This document shows positions 46,303 to 53,902 of a DNA stretch of 64,000 bases, in pieces. The stretch is from an uncultured Desulfocapsaceae bacterium (GTDB lineage: Bacteria > Desulfobacterota > Desulfobulbia > Desulfobulbales > Desulfocapsaceae). How positions within the stretch are numbered: position 1 is the stretch's first letter; each line of letters begins with the position of its first letter. The notes below the pieces were generated by a model that searched no databases, was not told the origin of the DNA, and saw only the letters and a list, made by a program, of their open reading frames with translations. A program made the translations under genes and the position numbers. The DNA lies in NCBI GenBank assembly GCA_964565605.1, contig CAZMFP010000014.1, positions 9,700 to 73,699 of the forward strand, in the 5' to 3' direction.

Positions 46303-46671
46303 TTGGATAAAGCTGAATTTTCACAAGCCCGAAAGAAACTCGGAAAAACACAAAAAGTACTGGCTGAGCTCCTCGGAGTATCCTTGAAGACGATACATAG
46401 TTACGAGCAAGGCTGGCGGACGATACCTTCCCATATTGAGCGGCAGCTTTATTTTCTGCTTGCCAATCAGAAAAGAAAAATACCAATTCGTCCATGTTGG
46501 GAAGTAAAAAACTGCGACTTGAAGGAAAAATGCCCTGCCTGGGAATTTCAGAGTGGCCATCTCTGTTGGTTTCTTTGCGGTACGCTCTGCTCATGTGGCG
46601 AATACTCCAGCTGTAAAGAAAAAATCGAGATTTGCCGAACCTGCAAAATCTTCCAATCACTGATGAAATAA
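46303..46671 (+). CDS. XRE-type HTH domain fused to a Cys-rich two-CW-like domain
   Basis: The N-terminus ...ARKKLGKTQKVLAELLGVSLKTIHSYEQG is an HTH_3 pattern. The C-terminus is PCWEVKNCDLKEKCPAWEFQSGHLCWFLCGTLCSCGEYSSCKEKIEICRTCK, with two CW dipeptides and 12 Cys. The start codon is TTG. Confidence 0.55.
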   Translation: MDKAEFSQARKKLGKTQKVLAELLGVSLKTIHSYEQGWRTIPSHIERQLYFLLANQKRKIPIRPCWEVKNCDLKEKCPAWEFQSGHLCWFLCGTLCSCGEYSSCKEKIEICRTCKIFQSLMK

Positions 46672-46794
46672 TTCTCACCTTCCCCTTGAATTGATTACAA
46701 TTCTGATTATTGTCTCTTTGAATTTAACGATATTATTAAATTGATTGTTGGCTGGAATTCCTGGCAACAGCAAACGAATATATGAGGATCAGTA

Positions 46795-47007
46795 ATGCCT
46801 ATTTACGAATATACCTGTAACAGCTGTGGCTCAAATTTTGAGACACTTGTCATGTCAAGTGGTGGGGAAAATGATATTAGATGTGTAAAATGTGACAGCC
46901 CAAACATCCGCAAACGGATATCGGCATCAAGTTACAGGACAAGCAAAGGTTCTTCCATACCTGCAGGCGCACTTTCCGGCTGTTCATCAAAGTCAGGTTT
47001 TTCCTGA
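46795..47007 (+). CDS. FmdB-family zinc-ribbon putative regulatory protein
   Basis: MPIYEYTCNSCGSNFE...IRCVKCDS matches the CxxC_CxxC_SSSS signature. Confidence 0.75.
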   Translation: MPIYEYTCNSCGSNFETLVMSSGGENDIRCVKCDSPNIRKRISASSYRTSKGSSIPAGALSGCSSKSGFS

Positions 47008-47260
47008 GCCTAGTCCTTGCAACCCGTGAGGTTGAAACACATTTGGATAGTTTTACTAAAAAGGCAAACAGCTTTTAAAAAACAGCTTCAGCATCAGCTG
47101 CCGTAACAGTTTAAAGAGGTGCGTGAAAAGGTGTGGGTCTGTAGCCGATCAAGCAAGATAACAAAAGATCACAACGCTACTTTTTCTATGGTTTGTGACC
47201 CAGAGTCAAAAGACAGGACCCGTTTCTTATCGGTGGTACTGTAAATCCCACATCAAAGCT

Positions 47261-47596
47261 CTATTTTTTCTTCTCTTTTTGAGTTGGCTTCCCGGAAAAA
47301 TCGAGGATAACCTCATTTTCCTTTAACATATTTATCTTCCGGGCTTCCTCTTCAAGGAATTTCGGGTTGGTTGTAATCTGCTTCACATCTTCTTGCAGTT
47401 TGCTGTTCTCCTGGATTAACTCCTCTCTTTCCTTCTCCATCCGTTCTAAATGTCTCTGTTTTTTAATAATGGACAGTAATGACTGATCACCAAAAAAAGT
47501 GAGATAACCAAGGGCCACTGCCATTAAACAAAAAAGGATGCGTAGCAGTCGTTTTCGTTGCGGCTGCTGCAGAGATACTGTACGCTTTTTCTTCAT
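47261..47596 (-). CDS. ftsB: Septum formation initiator (FtsB/DivIC-like)
   Basis: A single N-terminal TM helix is followed by the coiled-coil LERMEKEREELIQENSKLQEDVKQI. The protein is 111 aa. Confidence 0.55.
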   Translation of the reverse strand: MKKKRTVSLQQPQRKRLLRILFCLMAVALGYLTFFGDQSLLSIIKKQRHLERMEKEREELIQENSKLQEDVKQITTNPKFLEEEARKINMLKENEVILDFSGKPTQKEKKK

Positions 47597-47707
47597 TGAT
47601 ATGTATATCTTCTTAAAATATTTTAAAACGAATCAGCCTTCTGGTGTTACTGCCAATAACCCGGCTTCAGGTGTTATCAGCAAGGTCGCCGCCAAACATC
47701 TCAGATC

Positions 47708-48127
47708 ATGAACTCTCAAAAGTCCCCATTGTACCTTGTAAGCAGTTGTCTTGTGGGCCTATGCACTCGGTATGATGCTTGCGTTAAACCAAGCGCCCCA
47801 TGCTTAGAGAGACTCCAGGGGAAAAATTGGATTCCGGTATGCCCCGAACAGCTCGGAGGCCTTCCTACTCCCAGACCGGCAGCCGGTATTGTTGACGGCA
47901 CAGCCCAGGATGTCTTAGAAAAAAGAGCCAAAGTCATAACCAGAAACGGTGATGATGTGACTGCCCAGTTTCTCAGTGGTGCCCACCAGGTTCTCAGTAT
48001 TGCCCAATCGCAGCCTATTCAAGCTGTTTTTTTAAAAGCAAACAGCCCGTCCTGTGGTGTCAACAGTCCTCAAGGTGTAACAGCCGCCCTGCTATCCAAC
48101 AACGGTTTTTCCCTGCATGAATTCTAG
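47708..48127 (+). CDS. DUF523 family protein (TudS-like 2-thiouracil desulfurase family)
   Basis: LVSSCLVGLCTRYD...PVCPEQLGGLPTPRP is the DUF523 Cys signature. Confidence 0.65.
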   Translation: MNSQKSPLYLVSSCLVGLCTRYDACVKPSAPCLERLQGKNWIPVCPEQLGGLPTPRPAAGIVDGTAQDVLEKRAKVITRNGDDVTAQFLSGAHQVLSIAQSQPIQAVFLKANSPSCGVNSPQGVTAALLSNNGFSLHEF

Positions 48128-48159
48128 AAGCCTGTCGCATCCAAATCCGCAATAACCTG

Positions 48160-48885
48160 TCAGCGGATCTTCATTGCCATTATAATCAGGATTCCGGCCT
48201 CATAAAGAAGATAGAGGGGGCCTGCCATAAGCATCATATTAAATATATCAGGCGTCGGTGTAAGCAGTGCTGCAATAATCGCTATAATCAGCAGGGCGTA
48301 CCGTCGATTACGCTCAAAAAAACCTCTGGTGCAAATCCCGACTTTTGATGAAAAAACCATAAATATCGGTAGCTCAAAAATGATACCGAATGCAAGGATA
48401 AACAGCGTTGTGAAATTGACAAACCGACCAATTGAAATAACGGGCTTGAGCTGCTCAGAGCCAAACCCCAACAGAAACTCAATACCATAGGGTAATGTAA
48501 TCATATAGCAGAACAAGGTGCCGATATAAAAAAGCAGACTTGTAAAAAAAACAAAACCGAAAAGCTGAGTCTTGGTCACTTTAAACGGCTTACCTATGGC
48601 TCTCCATAAAACACTCATAACCCAGGGCATCAGACCATAAAGAGCTAGAAACAGCGCCAGCTTGACATGGGCCAGAAAAGGACCTGCCACCGAGAAAAAG
48701 TAGAGTTTCTGAGCGCTATATTCTTCAATATCCAAGCGAGCTGCTAAATGTGATTGAATCAATCCAAGAAAATCTGAAGAGAAGAAAAAGGCGACAAGAG
48801 TCAAGCCGGCTACCCCAAGTATCAAATACTTGATTGTCTTTCTCAGCTCATCAACAAATACAATCAATGTGTTATGCCACAACAT
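48160..48885 (-). CDS. tatC: Twin-arginine translocase subunit TatC
   Basis: The protein has 6 TM segments. Motifs ELRKT, FELPIFMVF and LLTPTPD align with E. coli TatC (remembered). Confidence 0.8.
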   Translation of the reverse strand: MLWHNTLIVFVDELRKTIKYLILGVAGLTLVAFFFSSDFLGLIQSHLAARLDIEEYSAQKLYFFSVAGPFLAHVKLALFLALYGLMPWVMSVLWRAIGKPFKVTKTQLFGFVFFTSLLFYIGTLFCYMITLPYGIEFLLGFGSEQLKPVISIGRFVNFTTLFILAFGIIFELPIFMVFSSKVGICTRGFFERNRRYALLIIAIIAALLTPTPDIFNMMLMAGPLYLLYEAGILIIMAMKIR

Positions 48886-49133
48886 ACAACCTCATTTCTT
48901 CTTTGGGGCCCAAAATCTACTGTACCTCTTTTACCCATTTTAAAAAAACTATCCGGCTGATACAAAGTTTCGACAACAAGACACTTTTGAGGGTTGCCCT
49001 ATCCGGAGACACAGTTTATAACTCGCTGAATAATAAAAAACTGACTGATCTTCAACCCATTCAATCAGTGAAACAACAGCAGCCTGCTCAATTTCAGCAC
49101 CTTCGGCTGTGTATAGAATCAGGGAAATAAACC

Positions 49134-50411
49134 ATGCTTGAACTCAGATTTATACGTGAAAACCTGGAACTTGTAAAAGAAAAAACGGCCAAAAGAGGCC
49201 TTGATGTTTCTATTGTCGATGAATTTGCTGCTGTTGACAAAAAGCGGCTGACACTTTTGACAGAAACAGAACAGTTAAAAAACAAACGAAATCAGGCTTC
49301 CAGAGAAATCGCCGTCTTAAAAAAAGGCAATGAGAGTGATCAGGCCAAAGCCGAACCTTTAATTGCCGCCATGAGAAAAACCTCGGAGCGCATCAAAGAA
49401 CTCGACTCACAACTGGGCACCATACAATCACAGTTGAAAGATATCGTTCTCACCATACCAAATATTTGTCACGATTCCGTACCTGTCGGCCAAGACGACA
49501 GTGACAATGTCGAGGTGAGAAAGTGGGGTGAAAAACCTCAGTTTTCCTTTTCACCAAAGGCCCATTGGGAGATCGGTGAGGAGCAAAATTATCTTGACTT
49601 CGAACGTGCAGCCAAACTCTCCGGTGCCCGTTTTGCCCTGCTTACCGGTTTTGCCTCCAAACTGGAAAGGGCACTTATCAACTTCATGATGGACCTGCAC
49701 ACCCAAAGACATCAATACCAGGAAGTTCTGCCACCATTTCTGGTCAATTCCGCTTCAATGACTGCAACAGGTCAGCTTCCTAAATTTGAAGAAGACCTTT
49801 TTAAAATTAAGGATTGGGATCTCTACCTGATTCCCACAGCAGAGGTACCGGTTACAAATATTTTTCGTGACGAAACCATAAGCGAGAACAGACTGCCTGT
49901 AAAATTTGTCAGCTACACCCCCTGCTTTCGTTCTGAAGCTGGATCATACGGTCGAGACACAAGAGGATTAATCCGGCAACATCAGTTCGATAAAGTGGAG
50001 CTTGTAAAGTTCACCACTCCGGAGACTTCCAATAAAGAACTGGAGTCACTCCTTGCCGATGCCGAGGAGGTATTACAGCTCCTGGGGCTGCACTATCGGG
50101 TTGTCACCCTCTGTTCCGGCGATTTGGGTTTTTCAGCAACCAAAACCTTTGATATTGAGGTCTGGCTACCCGGACAGGACACTTATCGGGAGATATCGTC
50201 CTGCTCTAACTTCCTTGATTTCCAGGCAAGGCGAGGATCCATTCGCTATCGCCCTGAAAGTGAGAACAAAAGCAAGCTTGTCCATACATTAAATGGATCA
50301 GGGCTTGCGGTAGGCAGGACATTGTTGGCTATATTGGAGAATTACCAGCAGGAGGATGGAACGGTTACAATACCGGAAGTTCTTGCTCCCTATTTTGAAC
50401 AGCGGTTTTAA
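49134..50411 (+). CDS. serS: Seryl-tRNA synthetase
   Basis: [14 protein letters not shown] marks the N-terminal coiled-coil arm. Class II motifs [25 protein letters not shown] and [21 protein letters not shown] are present. Confidence 0.95.
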   Translation: MLELRFIRENLELVKEKTAKRGLDVSIVDEFAAVDKKRLTLLTETEQLKNKRNQASREIAVLKKGNESDQAKAEPLIAAMRKTSERIKELDSQLGTIQSQLKDIVLTIPNICHDSVPVGQDDSDNVEVRKWGEKPQFSFSPKAHWEIGEEQNYLDFERAAKLSGARFALLTGFASKLERALINFMMDLHTQRHQYQEVLPPFLVNSASMTATGQLPKFEEDLFKIKDWDLYLIPTAEVPVTNIFRDETISENRLPVKFVSYTPCFRSEAGSYGRDTRGLIRQHQFDKVELVKFTTPETSNKELESLLADAEEVLQLLGLHYRVVTLCSGDLGFSATKTFDIEVWLPGQDTYREISSCSNFLDFQARRGSIRYRPESENKSKLVHTLNGSGLAVGRTLLAILENYQQEDGTVTIPEVLAPYFEQRF

Positions 50412-50427
50412 AACAGCAACACTCACA

Positions 50428-50466
50428 CCGCATGGTTTTACCACCCGGCAAAACCATGCGGTTTAA
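50428..50466 (+). terminator. Probable intrinsic terminator after serS
   Basis: A 12-13 bp stem ccgcatggtttt / aaaaccatgcgg is followed by tttaat. The U-tract is short. Confidence 0.55.
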
Positions 50467-50509
50467 TCCTTCCCTGAACGTATAAACTCTAATTGGCTTA
50501 TAGTTTTAT

Positions 50510-50727
50510 CTGATTACCCATAAAGCTCAGCCTAACACGAGGTGTTGTCAATTTGTCTTGCTAGCCTTCGGTCAAGGATCACTCCTTGCTGAGAACAATA
50601 TAGATATTTTTCAATATTTCTTTACCGTTAGATACATTTCAACAATAATCTGTGATCCTTGAAATACGCCAGCCAAACTGACAACACCTCTTTTACCATC
50701 AAAGCTGAGAATCATTGGTGATCAAGT
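50510..50727 (+). repeat. Full-length intergenic palindromic (MITE-like) element, reference copy
   Basis: The left arm is ctgattacccataaagctcagcctaacacgaggtgttgtcaatttgtcttgctagccttcggtcaaggatcac. An AT-rich centre of about 70 bp follows. The right arm is gtgatccttgaaatacgccagccaaactgacaacacctcttttaccatcaaagctgagaatcattggtgatcaag. The arms are imperfect inverted repeats of each other. The element is flanked on both sides by tagttttat. Confidence 0.7.
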
Positions 50728-50766
50728 AGTTTTATATTCAGCTTATGCTTCTGTTAACCCGCTGAT

Positions 50767-51702
50767 TTAATCAATTGCCTGTTGAATAAGCAGATCAATA
50801 AGCGCTCCAAATCCCAACCCATGTTCAGCCGCTGCCTGTGGAAGCAAACTGGTTGGTGTCATGCCGGGAATAGTATTGGTCTCGAGCAGGGCTATTTCAC
50901 CATCATCTGTGACAATCATGTCTGTTCGTGAGTAACCCTGAAGGTGCAGACAGCGATGGGCCTCAACGCCGTATTGCTGAGCTCTGCTGCTCACGTCATC
51001 ATCAAGCTTTGCCGGGCAAATCTCTTTTGAAGCTCCTGGAACATATTTTGCCGTGTAATCAAAGAATTCAAATTCCTCACCAGGGATAATTTCAACAATC
51101 GGCAGTGGTTGCAGTATTTCTACACCAATGACACCGACGGTTATTTCTCTTCCTTTGATAAACCTCTCCAGCATGACCTCGGAGTCGTGTTCAAATGCCT
51201 TTTTTATTCCAGCTTGAAGCCCATCCACATCGCCAGCGATGGTCATCCCCAGACTTGAGCCCTCTCGAACAGGTTTTACCACAATAGGCAAACCAAGAGA
51301 GTCAACACATTCTTTTAAATCTACAGGTTCTCCTTCCAACAGCATCAACCAGTCGGCTACAGGCAAGCCGGCCAGCCTGTACATGAGCTTCGCCACATTT
51401 TTATCCATGGCCATGGCACTGCCTAAAACGCCTGAGCACTGATATGGAATGTCAAGCAGATCCAACAGGCCCTGAACACTCCCATCTTCACCCCATAGAC
51501 CATGGAGCAGAACAAAGGCAACATCAATATCCGCTGCATCGGCTACCAGACGACCCAGATCAACTGCCGGATCATATCGCTGGACAATATATTTTTTAAA
51601 ATCAATAACTTTTTCAACTTCGGCCGCTCCCTTCAGCGAGACTTCGCGTTCACCTGATTTTCCACCAGCTATCAAAGCAACCGTTTTCTTTGCTGTCTCC
51701 AT
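50767..51702 (-). CDS. ddl: D-alanine--D-alanine ligase
   Basis: The sequence has ALIAGGKSGEREVSL, the HG..GEDG motif (LHGLWGEDGSVQGLL), an ATP-grasp body, and EINTIPGMT as LETNTIPGMTPTSL. Confidence 0.9.
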   Translation of the reverse strand: METAKKTVALIAGGKSGEREVSLKGAAEVEKVIDFKKYIVQRYDPAVDLGRLVADAADIDVAFVLLHGLWGEDGSVQGLLDLLDIPYQCSGVLGSAMAMDKNVAKLMYRLAGLPVADWLMLLEGEPVDLKECVDSLGLPIVVKPVREGSSLGMTIAGDVDGLQAGIKKAFEHDSEVMLERFIKGREITVGVIGVEILQPLPIVEIIPGEEFEFFDYTAKYVPGASKEICPAKLDDDVSSRAQQYGVEAHRCLHLQGYSRTDMIVTDDGEIALLETNTIPGMTPTSLLPQAAAEHGLGFGALIDLLIQQAID

Positions 51703-52219
51703 TTACCCACTCCATGTTTATTTATCTGCTCTTTGCTGTATATCTCTCTCAATGAGACAATATTATTCGATATTTTCAAACAAGGGTATCTCTATTACAG
51801 TATGGAAAAAAAATTATTTGAGTAAATATCGATATGGCAAGAGTGAAATAATACACCACCCGGCAGAAATATTTCCATTCTTCTTCCGATCACTTTTCAG
51901 TCGGTGTCTTACAAAATGGTTTGAATCCGGTTACTATTCTGTACCATAGATCGCTTAACAAGCATGCCCATTAGCTTGGATATCATTTTTTAATCTCAAC
52001 AGTAGCGCATCTGAAGAATTGAAAAAGGGTTATGAACCAATAAGCTGCCAACAAGATATTCATTGACAATGCGAGAAGATATTCTTATAAAGGTATGTTT
52101 ATTGTTTGGTAAATGAGCTTCTCACTTGGCCGGAACATGCCACCGTAAGAGACGAACGGAACGGGCGTTATTTTGAAGTGAGTGGGAAATTAAGATTTGT
52201 TTTGATAACGGAGTAAAAG

Positions 52220-52414
52220 ATGATCGAAGTAGAAGTTCGGGGAGATCTCGAATATGCCATCAGACAGCTGAAGAAAAAGCTGCAGATTGACGGTATCAAG
52301 CGTGAGCTTAAAAGACGTGAGTATTACGAAAAACCGTCTATTAAGAAACGGAGAAAGCAGGCCGAAGCCCGTAGAAAACTCCGCAAGTTTAACCGAATGA
52401 GAAAATCGTTCTAG
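52220..52414 (+). CDS. rpsU: 30S ribosomal protein S21
   Basis: A 64-aa basic protein: MIEVEVRGDLEYAIRQLKKKLQIDGIKRELKRREYYEKPSIKKRRK... Confidence 0.9.
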   Translation: MIEVEVRGDLEYAIRQLKKKLQIDGIKRELKRREYYEKPSIKKRRKQAEARRKLRKFNRMRKSF

Positions 52415-52559
52415 GTTATCAGGAAAATACGGAAAAATTGCTACGAATAGATCCAAGGGTATTTAGCCCTGGAGAAGATTTTTCCGTTTTCCCTCTCCCG
52501 TTACACACTGTACAATCCGCATCTGAACTTCAGGCATCCTCCTTGTAAAGGACGCCCTA

Positions 52560-53486
52560 TTGACGAAAGAAGCCAGGGACAAACAACTATCCGACCACTT
52601 CCTCAGCTGCCGAGAGCTGTTTCTGCACTATATCATTTCCGAGCGGCAGCTCCTGGAAAACAGTATTAAGGCCTACGAGGCCGATATCAGTTTTTTTCTT
52701 CACTTTCTCTGTCAAAGTCGAACCACCAATCTCAACGATGTAACCGTTGAAATTATCCATCGTTTTCTCAACAGTTGTAAAAAGAAAAACATCTCCCACC
52801 GCTCTAATGCAAGGAGAATCTCTGCGCTGAAACTGTTTTTTAGTTTTCTGGCAACAGAGAACCTCATCAACCACAATCCTTTTCATTCCATTGATTTACC
52901 CAAAAGCGGACATACTCTTCCAAAAGCGCTGACACTTGATGAAGTGAGTCGTCTGCTGGAACTTCCGAAAGTACATACACCCCTTATTATCCGCAACTAT
53001 GCCATGCTTCATCTGCTGTACAGCTCCGGGCTGCGGGTCTCGGAGTTAGTAGGGTTGCCTCTTGCCGGCTGTAATATGACCTCTGGTTTCGTGCGAATCA
53101 TTGGAAAAGGAAACAAAGAACGGCTTGTCCCTTTTGGAGAAAGGGCGAAAGAAATGCTGACAACCTATCTTGAGCAAAGCCGTCCGGCCATCCTCAAGGG
53201 CAAACGTTCAAGCAGCCTCTTTGTCACCGGGCGCGCTCGTTCCATGACACGACTCAGGTTCTGGCAGATCATAAAAGAGGCCGGCCGGGCTGCTGGAATC
53301 AAAAAACAGATCAGCCCTCATATGCTTCGTCATTCATTTGCAACCCACCTTTTGGCCCATGGCGCAGATCTTCGTGCCGTTCAATTGATGCTGGGGCACT
53401 CGGACATTGCCACAACTCAGATTTATACCCATATTGATCAGGACCGACTAAAAACTATTCACAAGAAATTTCACCCCCGTGGCTGA
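52560..53486 (+). CDS. xerD: Tyrosine site-specific recombinase XerD (XerC/D family)
   Basis: ...SPHMLRHSFATHLLAHGADLRAVQLMLGHSDIATTQIYTH carries the catalytic RHRY signature. An N-terminal SAM-like domain is present. The start codon is TTG. The XerD versus XerC assignment is tentative. Confidence 0.7.
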   Translation: MTKEARDKQLSDHFLSCRELFLHYIISERQLLENSIKAYEADISFFLHFLCQSRTTNLNDVTVEIIHRFLNSCKKKNISHRSNARRISALKLFFSFLATENLINHNPFHSIDLPKSGHTLPKALTLDEVSRLLELPKVHTPLIIRNYAMLHLLYSSGLRVSELVGLPLAGCNMTSGFVRIIGKGNKERLVPFGERAKEMLTTYLEQSRPAILKGKRSSSLFVTGRARSMTRLRFWQIIKEAGRAAGIKKQISPHMLRHSFATHLLAHGADLRAVQLMLGHSDIATTQIYTHIDQDRLKTIHKKFHPRG

Positions 53487-53559
53487 GAAAATCTCCCTAT
53501 CAATCACCTGGCTGGTATGAGAAGCTTCTCAAACGGATATCAGCTTTTCTTAGTTTTTC

Positions 53560-53775
53560 CTGATTACCAATGATTCTCAGCCATAACGGTAAAAGAGGTG
53601 TTGTCTGTTTGGCTGGCGTATTTCAAGGATCACAAACTCTTGCTGGACTGGGTCTAAAGGTAAAGAAAAGTTAAAAAATAGATGTATTGACCTCAATTAG
53701 AAGTGATCCTTGACCGAAGGCTAGCCAGACAAATTGGCAGCACCTCGTGTTAGGCTGAGCTTTCTTGGTAATCAG
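53560..53775 (-). repeat. Full-length intergenic palindromic (MITE-like) element, inverted relative to 50510-50727
   Basis: The reverse complement aligns arm for arm and centre for centre with 50510-50727 at roughly 90 percent identity in the arms (by eye). It has 11-bp perfect terminal inverted repeats ctgattaccaa / ttggtaatcag and is flanked by tagttttt on both sides. Confidence 0.7.
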
Positions 53776-53902
53776 ATAGTTTTTTTTAACAACCGAACTC
53801 CTTCTGAAATTATCCGAAAAAACTGGTGCGTCATATCAGAAGAAATGTGGGCTAAATAGTGCAAGGGATTGCAAAAATTATGTGGAATGATAGACTTATC
53901 TC

